The position numbers were made by a program, and so were the translations under genes. A stretch of DNA of 63,199 bases, filler included, from Octopus bimaculoides (lineage: Eukaryota): NCBI RefSeq assembly GCF_001194135.2. It is 9 parts of 9 records of this genome, joined end to end, with 100 filler letters (N's around TTAATTAATTAA, not from the genome) between each part and the next. Parts side by side here need not be neighbours in the genome. Positions count along the whole stretch, not along the records: positions 1 to 22,215 come from NC_068986.1; positions 22,316 to 26,422 come from NW_026375793.1; 7 more parts are not named here. One strand, 5' to 3'. The notes below the pieces were generated by a model. That model saw only the letters and a program-made list of their open reading frames with translations. It did not search any database and had not been told where the DNA came from. Positions 13,300 through 25,940 of this stretch are shown piece by piece (within the stretch, counting starts at the first letter, position 1; each line of letters begins with the position of its first letter).

Positions 13300-14285
13300 C
13301 AATACATACATTCATACATACATACACACACACACACATATACATTAAAGCTATAACTTGCTTCCGTCGACGTCTGTTCGACAGCTCTGGAAGCTGTTTT
13401 TATTCATAACGCCATATTAGCATAGTATTTTGACACTGATGACGTTTTACGACAAAATCGCCAGACAAGGAATAAATAAATAATGGTTGCCCCGCTTTTT
13501 TGCATAAATTTCATTTATTCATTCTTTTCTTTTTATGTTTGTTTTTTTTTTCTTATTAATTTCTTTTTTTGTTTCGTGAATTTTTCTTGTTTTTTTTTTT
13601 TTTTACGGTCTAAGCCAAAGACGGATTCGCCATTGTTGTGAAAGTTGTCATGGTTCCTGTCTGTATTGCTCCTGCCGTTATCGTTATTGTTTTATTATTA
13701 TTTTTGTTGCTGTTGTTGTTTTTCTCATTGTTGTTATTCTTGATGTTCTTATTATTGTTAGCATTGTTCCCTGTATTGTCGCTATTGTTTTGTCGTCGTT
13801 ATTGTTGTGTTCCTTCTTGTTGTTATTGTTACCGTTGCTGCTTCTACTTAACTTTCTCTTGTTGTTATATAGTTGTTATTGTTGTCGTTATTTACAACAA
13901 CAATGTCATTGATAAAATGATTGTACGACTGTTGATATTATATATCGTATTTGAAATTATTTTTCGTTATTATTCTTCTTGTTATATATTCTGTTGTCTT
14001 TATTTATCGTGTTCCTGTCGCTGAAGATTTTGTTGTAATTTTTCAATGACTGACATTACTGCTTTAATTGTTATTGTTTTGTCGTTTAGCCCCAGGTTAG
14101 TCCTGATTGAGGAAATTATAGCATCAAAACATTGTAGACTTTCATTTCCAATCGTAGTATATCTTGGATCTCACAAATGACGATCTTAAACACTTAAGAA
14201 AAAGTATATCTGTAACTTTTTACAAAGTTGATCACGTGCAACTGTATACATAAATATTAGCTCATAGAATATACATTACAGTTTC

Positions 14286-14316
<31 letters not shown>

Positions 14317-14342
14317 TGATGATAATGATAATAATGATAATA

Positions 14343-14886
14343 AATGCCCTGGTGCAGTACCAGGCAGTGACTTTCGTGGCTTCTCATCTTAACTGATTGG
14401 AATGGTTATTATGTACATTGTTTTGTCTTGGTATAAAAGATGGGCTACAGCAAATATTCTGCTCAGTACCACAGATTTGCTTGTTAGTTATTTGACCTTA
14501 ACCAGTTGAACATGTCTCTTAGTGGCTGACGATATGTGCATCTCTGATCACGACCAGAAGTATTGGGGAAAAAACATAGCCCTGTGTTGAGAGGAATTCT
14601 TTGGGGGTTTGGATAATACACCTCTGGAAACATGGATGTTTTGTTCAACATCATTAAACAAACCTTATTCAGGGATGGGCTACTTGACCTGAAGAAAATT
14701 CTAACTGGGCCCCCACTTGCAAGGTCATGCGCTGTTAACCTTGATATGAGATCACCATGTCACGCACATGGTTGTGATGTATGTGCCTGATGTACCCTTA
14801 TCAGACGGGTAGTCATGATGAGTACACCGGGCTTCGTATATTTTACCCCAGTGTCACTTTGATGGCATGCACTGTTCTCTCACTCA

Positions 14887-14888
<2 letters not shown>
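14343..14888 (+). mobile_element. Non-coding retroposon family E embedded in (TAA)n/(TGA)n
   Basis: Runs TGCCCTGGTGCAGTACCAGG ... CTCTCACTCAA-(TGA)n. Homologous copies lie at 33074-33574 and 61287-61469. Confidence 0.8.
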
Positions 14889-14932
<44 letters not shown>

Positions 14933-16339
14933 GAAGAAGAAGAAGAAGAAGAAGAAGAAGAAGAAGAAGAAGAAGAAGAAGAAGAAAAAGAAGAAGAAGA
15001 AGAAGAAGAAGAAGAAGAAGAATTTCGTTTTCTATTACACACACACACACACACACCAAGTGATCCTACATAAATTATCAAAGCAAAGTTGTTTCCTTTT
15101 GTTAACATTATCAGGTTTTCATTAATTTATTTTTGAACAAGAAGTTTTGAAACATTTGCATGTCTATTCCGGTGACCTTAGATAGAACGGTTGTATTTGT
15201 AAGTTATTAAACTGTTTACATAATTTTGAAAACTAGACACTTGTAGTATTCACTCTCGTTGATAGATGTAAGTAAAGATGATAACAGTATCATAAACAAA
15301 CACGGGAAGCACACGGAACTTGAAACTTAGACAGTCACACTTGTTGGAGATATTTGAATGAAAACAAAAGGGCGATAAGCTCAACAATAACACTATTTCA
15401 TAATATGCAAACGTCGTGAGATAATAAGAATTCCTCAATATGTACCTGCTCCAATGAAAAGAAGGTCTATATGCAGTAAATCACAAAAACGGTGTCAACT
15501 TATAAATTTCCCCAGAAAGCGTACGGACAATAGGGTAACATAATTTTAAATAATGAGACTTCTATCATATGATTTCGTCAGAGGAGTTAGAGGAAGATCT
15601 GGCCATTATGTCATTGGATCTGTACTTGATTGACTGAGGACGAACATAAGTATATGAGATCCTTGTTTTTATAACTGAATCGAGCGAGAAGTCAACTACA
15701 TACCTGCTTATGGAATGGTACCTGAGCAGATTGTTCTGAGAGATACGAGGATAAACGGGTCATTGTACAATGACACATGGATATTAAATGGATGGAAGAG
15801 CATTCGACTATGTTAAAGAAGTAGCTCATTACTTATCCCGAAAAGATGAAAAGTAAATTTGGCTTCAGTAGCATCTCACATTGAGAGCAGGAAGCCGGAA
15901 CGAATACCGCAGCTCAATCTATCGAAGTGTCAAAATTTCGACCGATTCAAAACCTCATCTTTATCCTAAATTCATATCGATGGTAAACCTCTTGAATCAG
16001 TTCCTTGCTACAAGCTCTTAAACGACAGACCAATGTGGAAAACAACTTAAAAATCTATACGCCAGGTCCTTAAGAAATGCTGCCATCCACTTCCTGCACA
16101 AATTGGGATCACAAATGAAATAAACTATAAGAGAAAACAAAGTTACTTGCATGGAATGTTACGTTGACCATAAAACGGACAAGAGCATGTCTGAATAGAA
16201 TATCAATCTCCACAATGTTTGTATGCATTGAGGTATACAAACGCACGTGCACATACACGGATAAAAACCCCACTTCCGTCATGAACGACCATGGAATGGC
16301 AACTAAAAGTTACCCTCTGAAGCACAAGTCCAGGCAACG

Positions 16340-16572
16340 TTGCTTATAGAAGACCAGTAGCCGCCCATGAAGACCAGCAGTCGCTCCTCTCCACGCCACC
16401 GATGTTATCCAAGATAAAGGACGATACAGCTTAGCACCAGTGACGTCGCAACTCGTTTCTACAGCTGAATGAACTGGAGCAATGTGAAATAAAGTGTCTT
16501 GCTTAAGAACACAGCACAGCCCGGTCCGAGAATCAAACTCACTATCACATGATTGTGAGCCCGAAGCTCTAA

Positions 16573-16575
<3 letters not shown>
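16340..16575 (-). mobile_element. tRNA-derived SINE family F (CORE-like centre)
   Basis: Minus strand GGTTAGAGC...GAGTTTGATTCTC head and TTCTTAAGCAAGACACTTTATTTCACATTGCTCCAG core. Homologous to 27808-28060. Confidence 0.75.
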
Positions 16576-16704
<129 letters not shown>

Positions 16705-17937
16705 TCTCTTTGTCTCTGCCTCCTTCCTCTTCATCACCATCATCATCATTTTCATTATCATTATCATCGTCTTCATGATTAATAGTAATCCATATGTGTG
16801 CGCGTGTTCTTGCATACAGTCCGATCATATCTGCTTTTATTTCAAGAGGTTTTGGGTGGTGACAATGACGACAATTGTAGTGATTACGGAAAACAGGATT
16901 CTGTGATATTCATACCTTTTTGTTTATTATGCTATATAAGAGCCTCCATCAGATATGTTTTAGTGCAGCAAATTCAGCCCTGAACTGAATATAGTGAGCT
17001 ATAGTTATTAAGGCATGCCAGCCGCTTACTGCTTGTCGTATATCGCATGGCAATGTGCTGAGAGAGAGAGAGAGAGAGATACGGAACTGACAGCGCATTA
17101 TAGTAGAACTGGTTATATTTCTGTAGTCGCAGAAGTCAGTGATGTTGGAGATGACGAAGATGATCGCGGAAATGATAGCGGTTATGGCGGCGGCGGTAGT
17201 GGTGGTCGTGGTGGTGGTGGTGGTTTCGACAGATGTGATGTTGTTGGATTTGGGTGGTAGCAGGGATGGTAGTAAACAGTTTTGGGGGGAAGTAAGGGTT
17301 GGTGTATATAGTAAGCTTCCTGAAAGGTAATTAATTCTTTTTCGTCTCTGGCCTAATATTTAAAGAATAGCAGAGTGTGAGAAGGAGGAGGAGGAGGAGG
17401 AGGAGGAGGAGAAGGAGAAGAAGCGTCAAACGACAATACGACAGCCATATTAGCTGCTGTCAACTGGGGACGAAGTGAAAGGAAATCGTGAAACATGCGC
17501 CATTATAAAATTATGAAAAATGATACCGCAGCAAGCGAAGCGCGCGGGAAAATAATATAATATACAGAAATGGCGTCCGGCGATAGTGAACGGTTCAACA
17601 CCTCCCATCAATGGGAAGAGAAGTGGAGGAAAGGATGGAAGAATAAGGGTGATGTCAAGGGTTTAGTTGGGGATTCAGAGCCGATATTGTGTTCTGGAAA
17701 ATGATTTCTAACAGACAACCTTAACCCTTATGCCCTCCCGCCGTCATTTCTTTATTTATGCATATTTTTATTCTTTATTTTTCCCTCTTCTTTTCGTATA
17801 TTTTCTTTTCTTAACCTTCCAACATAGCTTCCCATTTTCTTTTCTGTCTTGTTCTTCATATTTTACTGCTGCTTTTTCTCTGTCTCCCTTTTCGTGGTTA
17901 TTTTATGTCTTCTTTTTTTTTATTTCTATTTCATTAA

Positions 17938-17938
17938 G

Positions 17939-17986
<48 letters not shown>

Positions 17987-18028
17987 GTTTTAGTTCTCCG
18001 TCTTCTTCTTCTTCTTCCCCTTCTTTTT

Positions 18029-18059
<31 letters not shown>

Positions 18060-18114
18060 TTCTTATTATTATTATTATTATTATCGTTTTAGTTCCCCTT
18101 CTTCTTCTTCTTCT

Positions 18115-18148
<34 letters not shown>

Positions 18149-18250
18149 TTTCTTCTTCTTCTTCTTCTTCTTCTTCTTCTTCTTCTTCTTCTTCTACTTC
18201 TTCTTCTGCTTCTTCTTCATCTTCTTCTTCTTCTTCTTCTTCTTCTTCTT

Positions 18251-18333
<83 letters not shown>

Positions 18334-18335
18334 CA
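17938..18335. repeat. Compound (TTA)n/(TTC)n trinucleotide microsatellite
   Basis: Alternating TTA and TTC blocks; source of the poly-I and poly-L pseudo-ORFs. Confidence 0.95.
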
Positions 18336-19489
18336 TTGGTTTTCGGATTATTACCAACGTTTTTATCATTATATGTATTTTATAATTTTCCTCCCTATGA
18401 CAATATACATATATTATCATTAATATTGCTATCTTTAATATTATTATTTACTATCTTTATTATTCCTTTCAGCAGCTTGCTTGATTTGTGTGATATTGTA
18501 CTTAGTTTTTTTTTTTATCATCTGTTTATTTTTCTTCGCCATCTTTTCTGTGCCTTTATTCCAAGATTTATTATTATCATTATTCTATTATTGCAGATTT
18601 TGTTGTTATTATAGTTGTTTTCTTGATGTTGTTCATATTCTTGTTTCTCTTTATAAATGTGAGTGTATGAGCGTGTTTGTGTAAATGTGTGCGTGTGTAT
18701 GCAATATGTGAGTTTTTGTTTTTGTTTGTGAATGCAAGTTAGACCTCACGGGCATGTAGACGAGATATAAAAGGATATGTAGCTGTTAGTACGGGATCAA
18801 GGTTCGGATTAAGATTAGCTTTTAGGTCAAAGGGTTAGCGTATGATTTATTAAAACATAATGGGAACTGGAAGAAGGCACAAATAAAGGGCAGAGAAAGG
18901 CGAACGTCTTCCATTACATAAGGCGAAATGGCTTCTGAAACTATCGTCGGAGGAAGGGATATTACAACGATTTTGTGTGCATGTATGGTGTGCATATATT
19001 CAATGCGCGTAATTGATCGACTGTATGTAGGCTAGGGTGTGTGTGTGTGCGCTTGTGTTTGTGTGTGGGGGCGCGTTAGATATATGAGTATGGGAGGAGA
19101 TGTTTTACTTGCATACGATGTACTTGCGTGATGTATGCCGTTGATCTCTGTTACGGGACAAATGGCGGAGATTTGGTTATATGCGTTAACATATGTGTTA
19201 AATGTATGAGCATATGTGTATGTGTGTGTGGGTGTATGTACAGAACTGTATGAGTGTGTATATAATACTTTATTACATAAAGATTGATAAAGAATATGTG
19301 TATGTATGTATGGATGTATGTATGTATGTATGCAGATTAAACACATCGATAAATTGCAGGATAGATACGTGGTTAGACACACATCGATGCTAAAGATAGA
19401 CAGACAGATGTTTAAATATGTAACCGCACATCTAACGCACCCACACGCCAACGGTAGCCTATACACAGTCGATCACTTAGATGGTCAGA

Positions 19490-19630
19490 TACAAAGATAG
19501 ATGCGTATGTACATACATACATACATACATACATACATACATACACATACATACATACACATACGCATATACATACACACATACATACATACAAACATGC
19601 ATAGATGGTTGGATAGATAACTCAATAGGC

Positions 19631-19680
<50 letters not shown>

Positions 19681-19880
19681 GCAGGCAGGCAGGCAGGCAG
19701 ACAGACAGACCGATAGACAGACAGCCAGACAGACCGGCAGGCAGGCAGGCAGACAGGCAGACAGGCAGACAGGCAGACATGCAGACAGGCAGACAAACAA
19801 ACAGACAGACAGACAGACTGACAGACAGATAGATAGATAGATAGATAGATTGATAGATAATGTATATACATATACATACA
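19490..19880. repeat. Compound tetranucleotide microsatellite (TACA/GATA/GACA/GGCA)
   Basis: Direct inspection; motifs interconvert by single substitutions along the tract. Confidence 0.95.
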
Positions 19881-21059
19881 TACATGAAAAATGACAAAAA
19901 TAGGTGCGTTTGTGAGTAGAATGTTTACATGTTAATAATAGGTGTTCAATCAACGTTGAATGCAATATAGTAATGTACAGTCTCATTTAAAATGTTTGTG
20001 TGTATATATNNNNNNNNNNNNNNNNNNNNNNNNNNNNNNNNNNNNNNNNNNNNNNNNNNNNNNNNNNNNNNNNNNNNNNNNNNNNNNNNNNNNNNNNNNN
20101 NNNNNNNNNNNNNNNNNNNNNNNNNNNNNNNNNNNNNNNNNNNNNNNNNNNNNNNNNNNNNNNNNNNNNNNNNNNNNNNNNNNNNNNNNNNNNNNNNNNN
20201 NNNNNNNNNNNNNNNNNNNNNNNNNNNNNNNNNNNNNNNNNNNNNNNNNNNNNNNNNNNNNNNNNNNNNNNNNNNNNNNNNNNNNNNNNNNNNNNNNNNN
20301 NNNNNTATATATATATGGGCCCTGCTTTCATCCTCTTTCATCCTCTTTCATATGGTCCTGGTGGGAGTTGTTATGATAAACAGTATCTCTCGGGTACTTT
20401 GAAACCTGAGAAGGTTCATGAGTTACTAGATATGAACAGAGCCGACGTTGTCCAGGAGAAAGTCGTCAAAAAGAAAAACTGGGATAATGGAAAGAAATTC
20501 ACACGGTTGCACCTAAAGGGATGAAAGACAAAATTAAGCTCCCAAGAATTCGATCTAAGAGCATTGCGAGTGAGAAAAATTACCGCTCTAACAACTCAAT
20601 ATCTGACACATGGTATGAAGGTGGATAGCATGTGATACAAATCCACCACGTTTCACCGTGGTCGTTAGTTCAGTAGTCACCTTCTATATCTACGTTACTT
20701 GTTTATATGTCTAAAATTTACATGATACTGGGTTGTGCCGTGATGCAATCCAAGAATGCATAAATAAAATGTTACCGAAACAGCTGTTGTGAATTTTGAA
20801 ACCCATTTGTGTTACTATATTATATTATATTATATATATANNNNNNNNNNNNNNNNNNNNNNNNNNNNNNNNNNNNNNNNNNNNNNNNNNNNNNNNNNNN
20901 NNNNNNNNNNNNNNNNNNNNNNNNNNNATATACAGATATATACATACATATATATATATACAAATATATAAACATATATATATATACATACATATATATA
21001 TATAAATAAATAAATAAATATATATATATATATACATACATATATATATAAATAAATAA

Positions 21060-21103
<44 letters not shown>

Positions 21104-21123
21104 ATGTATGTATGTATGTATGT

Positions 21124-21455
21124 AGGCGTGGATGTGCGGTAAAAAGCTTGCTTCTAAATCACATTGTTCCGAGTTCAGTTTTACTGCTGGCCAAAGCTTT
21201 GTGATTGGATTTGTTACATAGTGTATGAAAGAAACCCGCCGTGCATGTATGTGCATGTCATAGCTCTTGTATTTGCTTCCATCGCCACCATGACCTCCGT
21301 TTGACATGCGGTGTTTGGTTATGTCCACGGAAGCGGTACTGCAAAATGTGCCTAGCTAGAAAACAAAGAAGGATTAGGATCGATGTGCTCAACAAGAAAC
21401 CTTCAAGATGGTGCTCTAGCAAGGCCGCAATCCAATGATCGAAACAGGTAAAAGA
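21124..21455 (+). mobile_element. Degenerate SINE family B
   Basis: GGCGTGGATGTGCGGTAAAAAGCTTGCTT head and GGTGCTCTAGCAAGGCCGCAATCCAATGATCGAAACA tail. Confidence 0.7.
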
Positions 21456-21550
21456 TATATGTATGTGTGTGCGCACGTGCATTTATATGTTTCCATTACT
21501 TTTCTTAAGTGACACGCTAGGCCATATTCCACAGAATAACTTTGTGTGAT

Positions 21551-21845
21551 CCCATCGAGTGGGAATGCAGAGAGTTTGAGAACCAATCTCACAACATGCT
21601 TAGCAATACAGGGGCCAATAGGCAGAGGGCCTTCAGGTTGGCTACGAACGCCGCAGAATTTCTAGCAAGGTCCTTGTTGATTAGTAGTTGGTAGTCCATG
21701 GAAGGGGGACAGTGCTAGCAGAAGTAAGGCAAACTGAACACAACCCCGAAATTGATCAAGTGAGACATAATCACCTGGTGAGGGTGGATGATTTTGACCC
21801 GAAACATATAACAACCCCAGGATACGACGTTGATGATGGGACTAG
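21551..21845 (+). mobile_element. 3' remnant of an RLE-type non-LTR retrotransposon (HERO-like)
   Basis: PIEWECREFENQS...RAFRLATNAAEFLARSLLISSW resembles the PVEVGCRGF...EAAEKASRWLW C-terminus recalled for HERO elements. A similar 3' UTR follows (CACCTGGTGAGGGT...GACCCGAAAC). Confidence 0.5.
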
Positions 21846-22150
21846 GTGCACCACAGAAAATATTGGAAATGCTATTTATTTGAGTTATGTATTCATACAA
21901 ATCTAACTGTTGCACACACACTTGTATCTATGTGTGTCTCTGTGTGGCGAGGGGTGCTGAACAGTGCTTGGCTTTAAGAGTATTGCGAAAACGCAGGTCG
22001 GAGGTTTAAATTTCCTAGTTCTTTTACAGGGCTTACAAAAATTGAAGGGCTGCTGCAATAAGCGTATAAATCTGATCTTCGTATATTTTCTTTTACCTAA
22101 AGCCAGGGACTTTAAGCAACCATACGTGCATATGTATATATGCATATATA

Positions 22151-22215
<65 letters not shown>

Positions 22216-22315
22216 NNNNNNNNNNNNNNNNNNNNNNNNNNNNNNNNNNNNNNNNNNNNTTAATTAATTAANNNNNNNNNNNNNNNNNNNNNNNNNNNNN
22301 NNNNNNNNNNNNNNN
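22216..22315. other. Artificial scaffold spacer 1 (44N-TTAATTAATTAA-44N)
   Basis: Identical 100-nt unit recurs eight times; the core has stops in all six frames. Confidence 0.97.
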
Positions 22316-22316
22316 A

Positions 22317-22709
22317 TGGAGTAACCACCCTAGAAGTATTATTGATAATTTAGTTAGAAATATTTCGATTAGGCTTTCTAAGTTATCTGCTAATTGTGTT
22401 GTTTTCGATAATGAAGCTCCTTTTTATAATGAAGCCCTAAATAGGGCTGGTTTTAAAGATAAGGTTTATTGTGTTGAACCTGAATCTGGTGAGGTTAGAG
22501 TAGATAGGGATGTTAGGAATAATAAGGTTAGGTTGGTTAGGAGTAATAATAAAAAAATTTATGATCATAGATATGATCGTAATAATGTCATGCGTAGTTC
22601 TAAATGTTTTAGGTATTTTGCAAAAGGCTTTAATAATATTAATGATGGTTATCTTTGGTTTATTTTACCATTTGGTAAAAATGTAAAGATTATCAAACAT
22701 AAAATGTAA
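22317..22709 (+). mobile_element. Penelope-like element fragment (post-RT region), 130 open codons
   Basis: WSNHPRSIIDNLVRNISIRLSKLSAN..FDNEAPFYNEALNRAGFK..YLWFILPFGKNVK matches the PLE motifs SNHP..I..R.S..S...F....P.Y..AL..SGY and WFNPPFSKNV. Confidence 0.8.
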
Positions 22710-22815
22710 TGCTTTGTATAAGCTTTGTTGTGTTAAAAAATGGTTATCACAAAAGTATTAAAATACAGTTATACAGTCTGATAATGATAAGAAAATGTCT
22801 AAAACAGTTTTCATG

Positions 22816-23150
22816 AAAGTGTTCAAGGAAGGGAATACAATAAGTATTTTGAGTTCAATAAAAATCCTGTTTGTGTGGTACTATATGTATATATACAGAA
22901 AGGGATATATTTAAGAATTTACTAAAAATTGGAGAGGAATAACTGACCTGTCTGTCTGACATTTTCTGTCTTGTGTGTAGCTAAGGAATGTTTGCTATTT
23001 TAAGGGATAGTGTGGGTGGTTGGGGGTGAGGGTGGAAGAGCAATGTGGAATCAAAAGGATTTTTTTGTTTCTTGGCTAGTCTGTCATGGTTCAGTGGTTT
23101 TGGGGACTGGTCTCAGAGGTCAGAATGGTGTGTGCGTGTGTGTCTCTGTG
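22816..23150 (+). repeat. Left arm of a ~335-bp inverted repeat (partner 25604-25940)
   Basis: GGGAATACAATAAGTATTTTGAGTTCAATAAAAATC, AATTGGAGAGGAATAACTGACCTGTCTG and GAAGAGCAATGTGGAATCAAAAGGA all occur reverse-complemented in 25604-25940. Confidence 0.92.
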
Positions 23151-24230
23151 CACGTCTGTGTGTGTGTGTGTGTGTGTGTATTTGTGTTTGTGTGTGGACC
23201 GATTTTGGTTGGTGCCAGAGTTTAGTGTGGCATGTGTATGGGTCAGTGTATGTGTGTGTTTTATATTTAGCAGGATGGTGTTTGTTTATTTGTGCTCATT
23301 TGTGTGTATGTGATGTGTATTTGTCAGGGTGTTGTGTGTGTATGTGTTTGTTCGTGTGTATGTTTGTGTGTGTTTTGTGTTGGTGGGGATGTTATGTGTG
23401 TGTACGTGAGTGTGTGTGTGTGTCAGTATGTTTGTGTTATAATTGTGCTGGTGGTGTGTGTGAGGAACCATGTGTGTATGTCTTATATTTATCAGGGGTT
23501 CTGTGTGTCTGTGTTGTGTTTATGTGGGTGGTGTGTGTGTGCATGTACATTCTGTGTATGTTGGTACTGAGTATGTGTTTGTGGTTGTGGTTTATGTAGT
23601 TTCAGACTCTGTGTGCTGTATTTGTGAGTGTTTTGTTTGTAGTGTTTTTGCAGTGTGTGTGTATAGGTGTGGATGTGTTTGTGTATGTCTGTCTTGTATT
23701 TGTCAGGGTGGTGTGTGTTATGTGTGTATGTATGTTTGTGTTTGTGAGTGTTGTGATTGTTGCGATTGTATTGCGTGTATATATGTGTGTCTTTTCTTCG
23801 AGTGTGTGTGATTTTTTACTGGGGAACGGGCATATTGTGTTTGTATGAGTGTGTACATAAGTGTGTATATATGCGTGGGTGTGTTTGGGTTGTGTTGTAT
23901 TTGCATGTTTGTGTAGTGTGATTTGTAATTGTCTATGGTGTGTGTAGGTGTGTGCATGTACTAGTTTATGTATGTGTGTGTGAGTGTTGGTTATGATTGC
24001 TAGAATCATTGCATGTAGATATGTGTTTTTTCTTGGAATGTGTGTGGGGTTGTGCTTGAGTGTGGGGATATTGTGTTTGTGTGTTTGCGTGGGAGGTTTG
24101 CATTGTATTCCTGTGTGTTTTTGTACATCTGTATATATTTCTGTGTGTGTTTGTTGTGAGCGTGTACCTGGGGGTATGTTAGAGTATGTTGAGTGTGGTC
24201 TGTATTTTTGAATAAGATTATTTTCCCTAT
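23150..24230. repeat. Degenerate GT-rich low-complexity tract
   Basis: Strongly C-poor + strand with eroded (GT)n periodicity; source of the C/V-rich pseudo-ORFs. Confidence 0.9.
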
Positions 24231-24289
24231 TCGTGTTTGGTCAGTGGTGTTATCTGAGCATTGGTATAGTAGGGAAACTAGGAATTTCG

Positions 24290-25603
24290 AAACTAGAGTT
24301 TTGAGTGCTTTATATAGATGTGGGTCTTGACTGTGTAGTGGGATGTTCTTGTATATGATTGTGTTGAGAGATATGGGAGACTATTTAACGTACCTTGAGT
24401 GTTTCGGTTTTCGTAAGCCTTGGGTATCAGTTGTCTTGGCCTGTTCTTGGAATCTTTTATTTTGTATTCTATAATTTGAGACAATTGTACAGATTCTTCT
24501 TGCTAGGTTGAATATATAAACTCCTTTTTGTCTGTCTGGGTGCTTTGGGTGATTGGAGGTGAACAAGAGGTAGTATTTGGAATCAGTTGGTTTGCAATAT
24601 ATATCAGTTTCAATGTTGATGCCTTTTTTTTATAATAAGAATTTCAAGAAAAGGAAGTTGGTCTTGACTATATTCCATTGTAAATTGGATATGGTTGTTG
24701 ACACTGTTGATTAAATTTGGTTGAGTTTGTGGGACCATAGGTTGAGGCAGTCATGCAAGCAGCGTTTCCAATTCTCCAACAGGTACTTGTGGAAAGACAG
24801 GCTGTATTTTGATTTGGCTTGTTCATAGATTTGTAATTCTAGGTAGGGAATCACCAGGTTGGCATAAGTAGGGGCAACTTTAGTACCCATTGCAGTCCCT
24901 GATACCTGTCTATGGGTATTATTATTAAAATTCAAAAAGTTGTTTTGGAGGCTAAACTTAAGACCCTCGATGATAGATTCTATTTTTATTCCTTCCAGGA
25001 CCTCATTGGGGGTATTTTTCTTGCCAGAATTTAATGACTTCTAGTCCATATTGATGTGGGATCGTAGTATAAAGGTTTCTTACATTAAAGGAGACACTGA
25101 AAATATCTTTAATGATATGTTTGGGAAGATGATTTAGTAGATCCAGGTCATCTTTTACAATACTTGGTATGTGTTTGAGTATTGGTTTTAAGAGTATATC
25201 AATGAAGTTGCTTAATATGTGTGTTTCACAGTTTGGGCCTGCCACAATTGGTCTCAGTTTCAGATCAGTGTGATGTGGTACAGTGATGCAGGTTGAAGTG
25301 AACTTTTTGCAAGCTTTGGTAATTATTTTATTCTTGTGGATTTTTGGAAGCCTGTAGAGGATGCTGGTTTTGCAATTAAAATTTGTTAGGTAGTCGCATT
25401 CCTTTGATGTTAAGCTATTTTGATGTTGGCAAATGAGTGTGTTTAGTTTGGAAATTGTTGGTAGTTGACTACTCTTTCATAGTAGGTAGTATCTTGTAAG
25501 AGGTGAGATACAGAATTTTTGTATGGTTCAGTATCCATAATTATGACAGTACTACCCTTATCTCCTTCCTTGATTGTGATGACCTGCTTGTTTTGTAAGA
25601 TTT
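24290..25603 (-). mobile_element. Decayed Penelope-like reverse transcriptase
   Basis: Minus-strand motifs in the expected order: IKEGDKGSTVIIMD, LYRLPKIHK, LRPIVAGPNCET..LSNFIDILLKP, SFNVRNLYTTIPH, QVSGTAMGTKVAPTYANL, degenerate YIDD (CLHD), SNHPKH...FNLARRICTIVS. Stops and frameshifts present. Confidence 0.92.
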
Positions 25604-25940
25604 CACAAAGACACACACACACTCAAATCATTTTGACCTCTAAGACCAGTCAAAAAATTACTGAACCATGACAGACTAGCCCAGAAACAAATAATCCTTT
25701 TGATTCCACATTGCTCTTCCCTCCAAACCAACCTCCCACACTATCCCTTAAAATAGCAAACATTCCTTTGCTACACAAGAGACACAAAATGTCAGACAGG
25801 TCAGTTATTCCTCTCCAATTTTTTTGTAAGTTCTTAAATATATCTCCTTTTGTATATATATATATATATGTATACTGCCACTCAAACATGATTTTTATTG
25901 AACTCAAAATACTTATTGTATTCCCTTTCTTCAACACTTT
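25604..25940 (-). repeat. Right arm of the ~335-bp inverted repeat, directly 5' of the minus-strand PLE RT
   Basis: Reverse complement of 22816-23150, roughly 85% identical by eye. Confidence 0.92.

Noticed and set aside
13436-13465. CTGATGA-CGT-TTT-ACG as a hammerhead
   Set aside because: Followed by ACAAAA rather than GAAA, with no stem I or III.
15560-15595. Minus-strand CTGACGA-AATCATATGATA-GAAGTC
   Set aside because: GAAG instead of GAAA and no stem I pairing.
17124-17260. Gly-rich SGYGGGGSGGRGGGGGFDR ORF as an RGG protein exon
   Set aside because: Derived from (GGT/GGC)n and (GAT)n simple repeats; runs into a stop with no supporting exons.
17526-17550. Helitron 3' hairpin (CCGCAGCAAGCGAAGCGCGCGG)
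   Set aside because: No CTRR terminus downstream and no 5' TC end identified.
24250-24305. CTGAGCA...CGAAACTAGAGTT as a hammerhead
   Set aside because: C3/C8 cannot pair, stems I and II are absent, and the segment is likely antisense PLE coding sequence.
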